Source: a virus (lineage: Duplodnaviria; Caudoviricetes). Taken from it: a stretch of DNA of 64,000 nt. The notes beneath the pieces are model-generated. The model was not told the DNA's origin and did no database searches. It was given only the letters and a program-made list of their open reading frames with translations. The stretch lies in the IMG/VR virus record IMGVR_UViG_2061766007_002263, one strand, 5' to 3'. Positions 34,462-45,072 of the stretch are shown one piece after another. How positions within the stretch are numbered: position 1 is the stretch's first letter; each line of letters begins with the position of its first letter. A program made the position numbers and the translations under genes.

Positions 34462-37383
34462 TTATTCCTGTCCAAGGACAGTGAACTGAAGAAGAACGTA
34501 ATCGCTGTAAGGATAGACCTTTACACGACATGAGATTACAAACTTTCTCTGTGACTTTGTTTGTGGCGTGTTGACAGAAGCAATGTCCACAGTAGCCTCA
34601 GCCCAAATCGGGTCTGAGCCGGAAAGTCTCTTGTCAAGTATAGCTTGTACTTGTTTTGTACGTACTTTATACCAGTAGTCGTTGATACGCTTATGTAACT
34701 GGTCAACCATGACTTTATCACGAATCTCGCGCTTACAAAGGTCAAAAGACATTGAATGTCCGAGATATGACCAATCCGTTACCGCTCCGTCCTGTGTTGA
34801 CTTATGACCTTGTATCATAAGTCCATTCTTGGAGTCGTATGTAATCGGGTTCAAGCCTTTTGCGTCGAGAATTTCAAGAGTCTCATTCGAGAAATTCCAT
34901 CTCTTGTCAAGTACTGCCCTTGAAAGCACACCACCAAGTCCGTTGCTGTCATTTGTTCCCGCAGGAGCGATACCACCGAGTTTCTTCTCCATGATACGCG
35001 CAAGGTTAACACCTACATCACCAATAGGCTGACACCAGTAGTATTTTCCTGTATAGGAGTCATACATCTTGAACTCACCGATGTATTGAGCCGTACCTTT
35101 TGAGCGTCCGGCAACCACAATTGTCTCAGGCTTGTTGAATTCCGCCTTCGTAATAATCTTCGGTGAGATTATCGTGCTTGTATCGTGATATGTAGTACGA
35201 AGAACCATAAGAGGAGCCTTGAAAACTTCTTGTCCGGAGCACTCCATGAAAACAAGAGCGTCGTCATAGCTGTTCTGCTGCGCCTCAATGATACCGTCTT
35301 TTATAGCAGCCGTAAATACAGCGTCTACCCGTGCTTCATCATCATTCGGAAGAGCATTCTGTGTCCATGCACATCCAAGAGTACCCGCATCGATGTTTGC
35401 TTGTACAGCATTTGTCATAGTGCGCTGACCTTTGATTGTGAACGTCTTAACATCTTGTGCCGGACCGATTATGTCTATAATCTTCTCGCCTGTAAAGAAT
35501 CCCTTATCGTCCATTACGCCGAGCTCATCGAACGTATGTACCGGAGTAACCTCGATAAAAGAAGCGTCACTTGATGAAAGAACGTTAGGCCAGTAAATGT
35601 TAACTCCGTCCGCGCTCACGCCGGTCTCAGAAAGAGAGCCAGTCCATTCACCACCAGACATGTACTGTCCAGGGTAAACCTGCTCTTTGCATGAAATCGT
35701 AACTGTATTATAATTTATGTCAGACTGAAGCTTGTATGTTCCACCAAGGCTGCGTCTGAATGTCTGATGACCATATTTTCCGGGTTTTGCCGTATTAGCT
35801 ACATACCAAATAGTTCCAGTACATGCCGCATTGACAACATTACCTGATTCAGACGAGTATGCCTCACCCATATGGTCAAAATCGTCATCATAGCCGGAAC
35901 AGATAAGCGGTCCTGAAACATAAATGTTCTTTGTCTTGTAATCAGGTGTAACATCCGTCCAAACTTCCGCATTGACATCATACTGCCAAAGAGAATGAAG
36001 TCTGTCGTCCTCAGGAGTAAGCCACTTGCTCTCTTCTTCACTCGCAATAACGTCAATTATGTATTTGTCGTTAGATGCCGCAAGGTCTTTAAGGAAAACT
36101 TTCGGTTTGATACCGGATGAATGAATTGCGCTCTCGCCCATTTTCTTGAGGTCACGAAGACCTATGATATTCTGGCTTGAATCAGACTCAAAATCTTTCT
36201 TGAGAATGTATTTTACATTGATATCATAAAGGTATTTGTCATATCCAATGTTGCTCAATGTAATGGATGTCGGTGTCTCGTTAGGTGACTTCTGTGAGAT
36301 ACGGAGGAAACAATCATTCTTGATGTTCACACGATAATAAAGTCTGTCCTCGATGCCTACGATAGGTGAGAAAGTCTTTACTATGGCGTTATTGCCGCCA
36401 TTATTCGCCGCGCTGATTTGCAGCGTAAACTTCTGTCCACCTGAGCCTTTCAAAAGAAGCTGCTCAATAAGTGCCTCGCCCTTAAGACTTCCTAATCCGT
36501 TGATGTTCTCTACCAGTTCAACTGTAGGATTAATCTGCGAGCGATTCTCACCGTCCGTAAAGATAAATCCCGGCATAGCGTCATTTCCCGGCTCAGAACC
36601 ATAATTGAAAATGTTCATAAAGTTCAGGAACGGAACGCCGTATGTCGTAGCTGAAAATGATGGTTTCGTGAACTCAACAGTACCGTTAACTTCTTGCTGG
36701 CTTACCGCACCGAACACAATAGTATATGTTCCTTCCGCCGTAAGCATATAGTATCCTACCGCGGACTCAGTATCAACGTCGTCAACAACGGCATAAATAA
36801 GACCATTATCAAAGTGATAAGCAACCTCGTCACCTTCGTCAAGGCCTGTTCCGTTGTCCTGCCATGACTTCAAGTTCATGTAGTTCAGTTTTGCAATCAA
36901 AGCCGGGCTTACATTTGTAATCTGTATAACACCCTGTCTTGTAGACGAAGTGTTTATCTCCGGGATAGAAATCTCTGACGGCGATATAGAGCTGTCAAAA
37001 TCACAGTCCTCATATCCAGGATATACCTGAACTTCGTAGCTTGGATTGTCCTTATCGTCTACTCTCCAATAATTGTACATGGATTTCGTTGTAAGATATA
37101 CACCACCGTAATATGACGGATAATTTTTTGATGTTCCCGGAGGAGCGGAAATGTAAAGACCGTATTCAGAGTTGAACGCGACCGCTTCGTACAAGTCCGG
37201 CCAGTTAGCCGTCTGCAAGCCTATCATGGCATTAATGGTTTTCTCGTTCCCATAAGGAAAATATGTAGCTTCCGTAGTACCTTTCGGCGCACGGCAAACC
37301 ATGTATCCCTTTATAGGAGCTTCAACCGTAGATGTCGTAAAAGACTCGTCAACGTCTACAAATATCAAACGGAATGACTTCAT
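34462..37383 (-). CDS. contractile tail sheath protein (large, 973 aa)
   Basis: C-terminal APAG, LDAKGLNPI, GHKSTQ, VNTP...FVISCRVKVYPYSDYVLLQF sheath signature. Confidence 0.8.
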   Translation of the reverse strand: MKSFRLIFVDVDESFTTSTVEAPIKGYMVCRAPKGTTEATYFPYGNEKTINAMIGLQTANWPDLYEAVAFNSEYGLYISAPPGTSKNYPSYYGGVYLTTKSMYNYWRVDDKDNPSYEVQVYPGYEDCDFDSSISPSEISIPEINTSSTRQGVIQITNVSPALIAKLNYMNLKSWQDNGTGLDEGDEVAYHFDNGLIYAVVDDVDTESAVGYYMLTAEGTYTIVFGAVSQQEVNGTVEFTKPSFSATTYGVPFLNFMNIFNYGSEPGNDAMPGFIFTDGENRSQINPTVELVENINGLGSLKGEALIEQLLLKGSGGQKFTLQISAANNGGNNAIVKTFSPIVGIEDRLYYRVNIKNDCFLRISQKSPNETPTSITLSNIGYDKYLYDINVKYILKKDFESDSSQNIIGLRDLKKMGESAIHSSGIKPKVFLKDLAASNDKYIIDVIASEEESKWLTPEDDRLHSLWQYDVNAEVWTDVTPDYKTKNIYVSGPLICSGYDDDFDHMGEAYSSESGNVVNAACTGTIWYVANTAKPGKYGHQTFRRSLGGTYKLQSDINYNTVTISCKEQVYPGQYMSGGEWTGSLSETGVSADGVNIYWPNVLSSSDASFIEVTPVHTFDELGVMDDKGFFTGEKIIDIIGPAQDVKTFTIKGQRTMTNAVQANIDAGTLGCAWTQNALPNDDEARVDAVFTAAIKDGIIEAQQNSYDDALVFMECSGQEVFKAPLMVLRTTYHDTSTIISPKIITKAEFNKPETIVVAGRSKGTAQYIGEFKMYDSYTGKYYWCQPIGDVGVNLARIMEKKLGGIAPAGTNDSNGLGGVLSRAVLDKRWNFSNETLEILDAKGLNPITYDSKNGLMIQGHKSTQDGAVTDWSYLGHSMSFDLCKREIRDKVMVDQLHKRINDYWYKVRTKQVQAILDKRLSGSDPIWAEATVDIASVNTPQTKSQRKFVISCRVKVYPYSDYVLLQFTVLGQE

Positions 37384-37581
37384 TTATTAATCTCCTTATA
37401 TAGTTTTCTAAAAAAAGTATATACAATTAGTAGCGTTTAAGCATAAAACCCTAAGAATCACGGGTTTCCGAGCCCCTACTAAATTGTCCGACCCTTTTTA
37501 ATTAGTTAATGAGACTATAGAAGAAGACACAAAAAAGGCCAAGGAAAAATATCCTTGACCTTAGAAAAAAAAATCCTAATT

Positions 37582-38124
37582 TTATACCGTTTTTTCTTTC
37601 TTTTCTTTCAAAGGGGGCGTTACGTCCACCAGCTCGCCTTTAACGTTGCGCTTAAAAATCCTCTGGTTGCTGCTGCCCCGTAATTTAAGGGTAATATCCC
37701 TGAGCTCCTGCACGAACCTTCCCTCGACAAGATAATCCACTTTGCTAAGCGCAAGGTTTATGTCCTCGTCACCGGCATCACGAAGCTCCTCTATAGTATA
37801 CCCGGACCATAAATAAATCCTTATAGAAGGACATTTCTCCTTTATACGGTTTATAATGTATGCGACACCTTTACGATTCCAAGGTGCCATCGGCTCACCT
37901 CCAAGTATAGAAAAGCATCTCTCCATACCGTTCCTATGTATCGCACGAAGTATGCGTGTAGTAAGTCCGTCCAAGTCTGTGCATTCCGTACCGGTCTCTT
38001 TGTCCCAATACTGCGCATTCTGACATCCCGGACATTTAAAATTACATCCCGCCGTCCATAAGGACACTGCAAAACCGTCCACTGAATCTACTATGTCGTT
38101 TGTTTTTAATGCGACCAAATACAT
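37582..38124 (-). CDS. nrdG: anaerobic ribonucleotide reductase activase
   Basis: GCNFKCPGCQN radical-SAM motif, LGGEP, DYLVEGRF, RGSSNQR. Confidence 0.95.
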   Translation of the reverse strand: MYLVALKTNDIVDSVDGFAVSLWTAGCNFKCPGCQNAQYWDKETGTECTDLDGLTTRILRAIHRNGMERCFSILGGEPMAPWNRKGVAYIINRIKEKCPSIRIYLWSGYTIEELRDAGDEDINLALSKVDYLVEGRFVQELRDITLKLRGSSNQRIFKRNVKGELVDVTPPLKEKKEKTV

Positions 38125-38269
38125 TTTTCAAAAACCTCATTTTTAAGTTTCAATTGCTTCCGTTCCTCAGAATACTTCTGATTCTTTCCCTCGTCAAATA
38201 AGCCCTAAATTAGCTGCGCCTCAAAATTCCCAAACCCTATAGAAACATAAATCTGCAATCTATTATATA

Positions 38270-39442
38270 TTACGCTCTTTTTCTAAACCCGGCAAGATAA
38301 CCTTTGCCATAAGTTATGTTTATATAATCAAGATACAATTTTATATCATTCTTTCGAATAAACCTTACGCCGTTTTTAAGCCCGCACTGACGTTTCGCCT
38401 CAAACATACCGTCTTTTGAAGGGTCATAAGGATTCCGCATCGTACCGTTCTCATTAAAGAACTGGTCGCCTTTTATTTCTATAAGCTCACCGTTCAGCCG
38501 GAAATCCGGAAAATAATAATGCCTCTCACCGTCGTACTCATATTCTAACCTCACCGGCTCACGTTCTATTATCATGTCATGGTCAACCGCATAAATCCAT
38601 ACCGCAAGCTCCCATTTGCTGTCGAACCGCATACCGTTATAATCATACCTCGCATATGCCCTTCTCCTAAGTTCAACAGATTGCGACGGGTTCTCAACAC
38701 CATATCTTTCCACACAAGTTCTGCTTGACTTCTCCTTAAAATCATCCGTAAGCCAGTAATGCTTACCATAGATGCCTTCAAAAATCTCCGACTGCTTCTT
38801 CAGAGCCCTGCATTTTATCGGCTCATAAAGCATCGGATGCTCAACGCCGTATCTTTCCATACATGTTTCTTTGTTACGCTCAGGATTGTTAAAATTCTCG
38901 TCCCCATACCGCTCCAGTTTAGTCCGTTTTATTTTTGAAACTATGTTCTCAAGGTGTTCACCATATCTCGCGCGTTTTGTATCTATGACTTTCACGACAA
39001 GCTCCTCAGATTGCAAAGTGGTCGGAGCCCCGTACCTTTCATTCATTGTCTGACGGGCTTTCTCGGAATTGCTGTAATTCTCGTCGCCATATTTCTCCAG
39101 CTTGGTTTTCTTCGCTTTCACCATAAGCTCCTTGGACTTAAACGCATTGTCCACACCAAACTTACGGGTCATCGTGTCTTTAGCTTTGGTCTGTATGTAT
39201 TCAAGATATTTGTCAAACGAGCCATACTTTTTGTCTATTGACTCGTGTCTCTTTCTGTTTGATTCCAGTTTCTGCTCGCTTGTCCTTTTGGATTTGCCGT
39301 CCTTTATATTGCATTCGGCACAATACAACTGATGCTTGGTAGATTTTCTGAATTCCTTTTCCGTCAATTTTCCACATCCTTGACAATAAAAAGACACACG
39401 TGACGGAAATTTCAAAATTTCATCATAAGATTCTATAAACAT
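38270..39442 (-). CDS. free-standing homing-endonuclease-like protein (Zn ribbon, about 8 (K/R)YG repeats, PD-(D/E)XK domain)
   Basis: CQGCG, KYGDEN/RYGVEN repeats, FDSKWE...YFPDF...IEIKG. Confidence 0.75.
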   Translation of the reverse strand: MFIESYDEILKFPSRVSFYCQGCGKLTEKEFRKSTKHQLYCAECNIKDGKSKRTSEQKLESNRKRHESIDKKYGSFDKYLEYIQTKAKDTMTRKFGVDNAFKSKELMVKAKKTKLEKYGDENYSNSEKARQTMNERYGAPTTLQSEELVVKVIDTKRARYGEHLENIVSKIKRTKLERYGDENFNNPERNKETCMERYGVEHPMLYEPIKCRALKKQSEIFEGIYGKHYWLTDDFKEKSSRTCVERYGVENPSQSVELRRRAYARYDYNGMRFDSKWELAVWIYAVDHDMIIEREPVRLEYEYDGERHYYFPDFRLNGELIEIKGDQFFNENGTMRNPYDPSKDGMFEAKRQCGLKNGVRFIRKNDIKLYLDYINITYGKGYLAGFRKRA

Positions 39443-39523
39443 ATGTATCAATTAGAAGCTTAAAATAGAAAACGGCGAACAACACCGTTTTTCATGGCTG
39501 CTCACCGTTTTCATTAAATCTCA

Positions 39524-40075
39524 TCACTCCGGATTGTTATTCCAATCCACCAAAGAACTTGAATGTTTGTATCTGTGATTTACTTCGTCCACCTTTCCTT
39601 CATTGAAAGCGTCGAGGTAGGAACCAGTAAGATAACCGGTAACACGACGCAGACGCTGTATCACACGATGTCCTGGGACGTCATGCGCACCGCATACAGG
39701 GCATTCGTTGTCGATGTTTCCTTGATAACCACATTCAAGGCATGTGTCCGCTGGACAGTTTATTGCGAAATATGGAATATCTTTCTCCATCGCATAGTCT
39801 ACAATTTGCTCCAATGCCTTAAGATTGTTCTGCGTTCTATCATCAAGCTCGACATACGTAATACATCCTGCATTCGAATATCCGGTAAGCTGACTCTCAA
39901 TGTCAATCTTTTCAAACGGGTCTATTTTCGTCCAGACCGGAACATGCATGGAGTTTGTGAAAAACTGCCTGTAATCTTTCTTGTCCGAACCTTCAATATC
40001 CGAATATGTAACGTCCTTTATCTCACCGTATTTCGCACGGAACTTTTTCATCGCTGTATAACAAAGACTTTCAGC
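39524..40075 (-). CDS. nrdD: NrdD part B, exon 3 (AESLCY...glycyl-radical loop)
   Basis: FFTNSMHVPV, NAGCITYVE, CLECG/CPVCG, RRVTGYL. Confidence 0.9.
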   Translation of the reverse strand, partial: AESLCYTAMKKFRAKYGEIKDVTYSDIEGSDKKDYRQFFTNSMHVPVWTKIDPFEKIDIESQLTGYSNAGCITYVELDDRTQNNLKALEQIVDYAMEKDIPYFAINCPADTCLECGYQGNIDNECPVCGAHDVPGHRVIQRLRRVTGYLTGSYLDAFNEGKVDEVNHRYKHSSSLVDWNNNPE

Positions 40076-40371
40076 CGTTAAACCTAAAAACTTTCGTTAA
40101 TAGCCAGACTATATTTTCATCTTTTAATTCTTTTACCAAATTAAAAGCGCCTCTCATTTCGCTAAGATTATTAGCTACTCTACTCATTTATTCATTTAAG
40201 TATTTCACTTAAACTATACTTTCGATAGTCGTTAGAGTCACCCAAAAAGCTTTGGGCTTCCTACGGGGTTAGCTTGCTCTTGTTTAGCCTTTCTTACCAG
40301 ATTATTACTCTTCGCCCGTTTAGAGAGGGATTTTCATTTGTTGTCACCAACAAAGCACCCACTTAAAATCT
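40076..40371 (-). ncRNA. group I intron 2 in nrdD (296 nt, no ORF)
   Basis: YYTP|AESL restored in frame; exon ends U, intron ends G; P1 CACCU/GGGUG; P7 GACUAU/AUAGUC with AAAAUAUAGUC S element; P10 pairing. Confidence 0.9.
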
Positions 40372-40932
40372 AGGTGTATAATAAACTCCAAAATTAAGTT
40401 TATATTCTTCTTTGAACTCCGCGCATCTTTTTTTGAAAAGACCCTCAATCTTCTTGGCGACTTCCATACCTTTCTCGGTTGTCTGGTCACATCCTACAAG
40501 AAGCTGCAATGTCTCCGCCAAGCCAAGCTGACCTATTACGAGTGTACCGTGCTTGAGCGCGGAACGGATTCCTTCCTCTTCCCTATAACCATACATAGTA
40601 CCGTTTTCATACATGAACTTCGCCGAGTTCTTGTTCTGTGCCGCTATCCAGTTGTATCTTTCTAGCAGACCGTCCTTACAATCATGTATGGCTTTGTCAA
40701 GTATATCCATAAAACAGTCCACAAATAAATCCGGATTGTTCTTGGCTTTTTTCCTGGCTTCCATAGCCAAAGTAGGAAGAATTATCGTAGCCGGAGCGAG
40801 GTTTCCCCGTCCGTCTTTCTGCTGTCCTGTAGCAAGAAAATTATATTCCGGAATCTTGCCGTCAATCACGCTGTTGACAGCTTTAACCCACTCGTCATAC
40901 CAGTTTACATCAAAACCATTGGCTGTTCTACA
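40372..40932 (-). CDS. nrdD: NrdD part B, exon 2 (CRTANG...YYTP)
   Basis: Catalytic CRT, GRGNLAP, IGQLGLAE. Confidence 0.9.
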
Positions 40933-41190
40933 CATATTTATCTTATGTCACCATAAGCACTGACTATATCTTCTACTTTTCAGTAGTCTTCCGCTTCGAA
41001 CTGGCGCTTATCTCCAGCCCTACTCCGCTACATTCATCACGGATAGTCGATACAGGTTCTTGGTTTCCCAAGCTTCCCACGGTCTCATCTTGCAAATCTT
41101 ACAAGACCTAACCGTTAGCAGACTCTTTTTCAGAATCCACACCCCTTAAGCAGGGTTCAAAAGATTTTAGATGAGCTGTAGTTTACACTT
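40933..41190 (-). ncRNA. group I intron 1 in nrdD (258 nt, no ORF)
   Basis: MG|CRT restored in frame; exon ends U, intron ends G; P1 GAUGGGU/GCUCAUC; P10 CUACA/UGUAG; GACUA and AAGAUAUAGUC core elements. Confidence 0.92.
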
Positions 41191-41799
41191 ACCCATCGTT
41201 GAAAAGATTGCGGCCGGCGCATTCTTTTCAGGAACAATTTTTAGCTTCTTTGCGTCCTCTACAAGCTCCAAGCCCAAACGGTCTGACAAGCCCTTGTTGT
41301 TTTTAAGCATTCCTATAAGGCTCGACATTTTTTCGTCGCTCAATTCCCCCAAGAAATCTTCCTTAAGAGCATAGGATTTACTGTCGTCATTTCCTGACCA
41401 ATCACAATTCGCATAGTTCGGATAAAGACGCTTTGAGGTGGATTTCAATGCCAGCTTATAAAGGTCATAATTCTTGCTGCCCTTGTCATTCACACCTTTC
41501 ATTTTCTGAAAGATGCCACAAGGGAAAATAGAAGTCCTATGAAGCTTTCCAACGCCATCAATAGAAACATTCAAAATAGCTTTCGTTACCATACGCCCTT
41601 CCGGAAGCGTACAAGTTCCGTAATTAATAGATGAAAAAGGAAGCTGGTTACCCGACCTGCTTTGCAAGCTATTGAGGTTATGATAAAGGCCTTCCGTAGC
41701 TTGGTATACTTCTTTTTCCAACATAGCTAGAGCGTACTGATACGCTTTCTCATGCGCTTTATAACGCTTATCTTTAATAGATACTTCTTCTATCCCCAT
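41191..41799 (-). CDS. nrdD: NrdD part B, exon 1
   Basis: HNLNSLQSRSGNQLPFSSINYG, IFPCGIF, RLYPNY, STMG; own GAGG RBS. Confidence 0.9.
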
Positions 41800-41815
41800 A
41801 GTATTTTCCTCTTGT

Positions 41816-42682
41816 TTATTCTCCTTTTATGTCTTTTATGAAGCTTTCTATTTCTTCGTCAGACAAGCCTTCCACGTATTTAAGTCCGTCCTTAAAATGC
41901 TTAAGAAATGATTTTCTTACATAAGGAACCATACTCCAGTCGATGTGCGTCGCCGAAACGCCCCCGAACTGCTGCAATGACTGAAGCTGAAACAATACCG
42001 CTACGAGCTGCATGGCTGTATTGACTGAACCGGCAGGACGGATATCAACTTGTCTTGTGTTGAATCCTTTGGACAATAAATCATCTATCGGAACCGAGAG
42101 ACAGTTATGACATCCGATTACATACGAATCCAGGTCGTGTATATAGATTCTGTTGTCGATATGATTCTTGGCGAATTTCGGGCTTATGTAATAATCCAAT
42201 GCCATCTGCTTCAGAAGCTCGCTGTCTGCCTCACCTTTACGACCTCCGAAAGAGTTCTCGTCAAGATTGGCATTCTGGTTCTGAACATCAGACGCATCAA
42301 GCTTTGTCTTGATACGTTTCATTATGTCAAGACGCTTGAACCGTTCCTTAGCCCGCTCATTGCGATAAAGGATAAAAGCTTTGGCAACGTCATAGCAGTT
42401 TTTGTTCTGAAGACCTTTCTCAACAAGGTCCTGAATCTCCTCGACGTTTACCTGGAAAGCTTCTCGTTCATCCTCTGGTTTTTTAAGCTGTTCCTTTTCG
42501 AAAGACTCCTTGTTCTTCTCAAGGGTTTTCGTTACGAACTCCAGTACTTTTTGAATCTGCTCGTCGGTGATTCGGTGTTCCAGACTCACCGCGTTGTTGG
42601 CGGCACTGATAGCGTTTATAATGTTTTTTTCCTTAAAATCTACACGCTTGCCGTCCCTTTTTACAACTTTTGTGTTTTCCAT
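41816..42682 (-). CDS. nrdD: NrdD part A (ATP cone plus N-terminal catalytic region)
   Basis: VVKRDG, VEEIQDLVE, IYIHDLD, HNCL, QQFGG. Confidence 0.9.
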   Translation of the reverse strand: MENTKVVKRDGKRVDFKEKNIINAISAANNAVSLEHRITDEQIQKVLEFVTKTLEKNKESFEKEQLKKPEDEREAFQVNVEEIQDLVEKGLQNKNCYDVAKAFILYRNERAKERFKRLDIMKRIKTKLDASDVQNQNANLDENSFGGRKGEADSELLKQMALDYYISPKFAKNHIDNRIYIHDLDSYVIGCHNCLSVPIDDLLSKGFNTRQVDIRPAGSVNTAMQLVAVLFQLQSLQQFGGVSATHIDWSMVPYVRKSFLKHFKDGLKYVEGLSDEEIESFIKDIKGE

Positions 42683-42831
42683 TGTGTCTTCTAGTATAGC
42701 CTCCTTTAAAACAGATATAGTTAGTAGACACCATACATAAGGCTCTTTGTTATCATAGCCACTAGATGTAGTGTTTTTGTATATCCAAGATATTTAGAGG
42801 TGGCATTAAATTGTCACCCCTTGATTATTTT

Positions 42832-45024
42832 CTATTCGTTAGTCCAAAACTTTCCCTTATGCACATAGAAAGTTCTCAAGCTCGGCGCGAATGAATTAAT
42901 AATGTCGCGTACCATCGGTTTATGGCTTATTATGAAAAGCTGGTCAAACAAATCATTCGCAAGTATCGCCTTGAACATGAGCTCAGAATTCTCGTCTGTT
43001 CCGGCTTGGTCTATCTCATCCATGAAAGCGAACCTCAAGTTATATGCGCGGCATAGCGCAACCTTGAACGCGATTGAAAGAATCGCTTTCTCGAATCCTG
43101 ATGCCATCTTAGCATTAAGCAGATTTTCCTTGGTATGTATGCGTCCGTTATTCTTGTCAGTAGTATAGAAAAACTCAACGCCCCGCTTGTTCTGAAAAAG
43201 CTTGACCTCCATCTGCGGGAACACGACTTGTATAAAGCTGTTCATCTCATGCTCAAGCATCTGACATGTCTTGAGAATAAGCCATGCCGGGAATGTCTTG
43301 TCCAAAAGAACAATTGCATCGTCATACGTCGCTTTCTGACGGCGGTATGTCTCGACCGAAGCTTTGGACTCCTCTATCTTCCTTGTCATGTCTTCTATCG
43401 ATTTACGGATGTTCTCGTTGTTCTGGAGAATAACATTATTCTGCGCAACTTCGGCATTATAATCAGAAATCTTCTGCTGCACGTCCCGAAGCTTTGACTG
43501 ATACTCCGCGTATTTGTCAGTAACCTCACCAAAGCTGTTGATTTTTAAGTCACATTCGCTTATCTCAGACTCTATTCCGACAAGACGCTCTTTTTGCCCT
43601 GCAATCTGTTCCTTAATGTTGGAAATATCAGACGCATTTGAGCTGTACTGGTTTATCTGCTCATCCAGACGCTCTTTCGAAGCTAGATTGGACGTAATCT
43701 GATTATCGACGTTCTGAATCCGATATTCCAATGTAGAAATGTCCTTTTTAGTATTGGATATCTCTATCTCTTTATTCCGTAACTTCTCACGCATTGCCTT
43801 TACTTCGGCATCAGCGAATGACGCTTCGGATTGCCTCTGGTTCTTTATGCTCTCAATTTCATCTTTGACTTTTATGGCAGTATTCAATGCGTCGTTATAC
43901 TTTGACTGGTCTGCCCTGTCGAAAGCATGTCCACATTCAGGACATGTTCCCAGCTTTATCATGTCCATATGTTTCTGCGCATGTTGCACATCCGCAATTT
44001 TACCGGCAAGCTGAACATTAAGCTCATTAAGCTCCGAGCTCTTTTTAAGGTATTCGTCATGCTTTGCCGTAATCTCGGCTGAAATTGAGTCTTTTTCCTC
44101 AATTTCCATAGAAAGCTCTTCATTAAGGTCTTTTATGTTGATGACATAGTTTTTTTTCTCTTCGGTCAAAGTATTATTTAACGCAACGTATTCATTGGAT
44201 TTCTGTACCAATGTATCAATCATGCCTTTGTTAGATTCTATGAGCTCTATGTCATGCTCCAATTTGGTAATCTGTTGCTTTACATTGTACATGTCTTTTT
44301 GAAGGTCGGATTTTCTAGACAAAACTGTGTCTTTCTCTTTTATGAGCACAGCTGTCTTGGTAAGCTCATTATTTATAGCCTCCACGGAATCATTCAGTTC
44401 CCGGATTTCTTCTTCCTTGAATGACAAGGGCTTGACCTCACGGATTTCTTTCTTACGTTCGTCAATGGATATTGTATTGAAATTTATCTGTGCCGTTTGA
44501 TAATCGATGCTTTCCTTGATTCCGGCCAAATCTTCCTTGAGCTTTCCGATTTTCTCCGTAAAATCAAACTGGAACAATTTCTGAAGGAACTGCTCGCGTT
44601 CACTGGGCTTAAGCTTTGTAATGTCGCCCTCATTCTGCATGGACATTATTATATCCGCATAATATGCGATATCAAACGAATCCAACAAATCCGTAACTTG
44701 TGAATTAACATACGTTTTCCCGCCATATTCTGCGGTACGTCCAAGTCCGGATGTCTTATCATTCAGTGTAATAGTTATCTTAAGCGGTCCGCCTTTTATT
44801 TCAGCCTCAAGGGTTACGGAGCAATTGTCCTTGCCCAACATGATAAACTCCTGATATCTGTCAGAACGTTTATCTTCCAAAAGACATAGTGTTACCGCCT
44901 GTAATACCGTGGACTTTCCTTGTCCATTGCTTCCGACTATAAGGTTCACGCCGTCATCAAAATTGAGCACGGCATGTTCTACACACATAAAGTTATTGAG
45001 AATCAGCTTTTTTAATTTCAACAT
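42832..45024 (-). CDS. Rad50/SbcC/T4 gp46-like recombination ATPase
   Basis: GSNGQGKS, coiled coil with CPECG hook, ASGFE signature, MDEID, IISH. Confidence 0.9.
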   Translation of the reverse strand: MLKLKKLILNNFMCVEHAVLNFDDGVNLIVGSNGQGKSTVLQAVTLCLLEDKRSDRYQEFIMLGKDNCSVTLEAEIKGGPLKITITLNDKTSGLGRTAEYGGKTYVNSQVTDLLDSFDIAYYADIIMSMQNEGDITKLKPSEREQFLQKLFQFDFTEKIGKLKEDLAGIKESIDYQTAQINFNTISIDERKKEIREVKPLSFKEEEIRELNDSVEAINNELTKTAVLIKEKDTVLSRKSDLQKDMYNVKQQITKLEHDIELIESNKGMIDTLVQKSNEYVALNNTLTEEKKNYVINIKDLNEELSMEIEEKDSISAEITAKHDEYLKKSSELNELNVQLAGKIADVQHAQKHMDMIKLGTCPECGHAFDRADQSKYNDALNTAIKVKDEIESIKNQRQSEASFADAEVKAMREKLRNKEIEISNTKKDISTLEYRIQNVDNQITSNLASKERLDEQINQYSSNASDISNIKEQIAGQKERLVGIESEISECDLKINSFGEVTDKYAEYQSKLRDVQQKISDYNAEVAQNNVILQNNENIRKSIEDMTRKIEESKASVETYRRQKATYDDAIVLLDKTFPAWLILKTCQMLEHEMNSFIQVVFPQMEVKLFQNKRGVEFFYTTDKNNGRIHTKENLLNAKMASGFEKAILSIAFKVALCRAYNLRFAFMDEIDQAGTDENSELMFKAILANDLFDQLFIISHKPMVRDIINSFAPSLRTFYVHKGKFWTNE

Positions 45025-45072
45025 ATCTTATTGAAATATTAATCTGCTTTGAAAATGGGGATATTCGTAGTA

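Noticed and set aside
39524-42682. nrdD as a pseudogene
   Set aside because: Two gaps are well-formed group I introns, the third has a dedicated RBS and start, and all catalytic motifs and nrdG are intact
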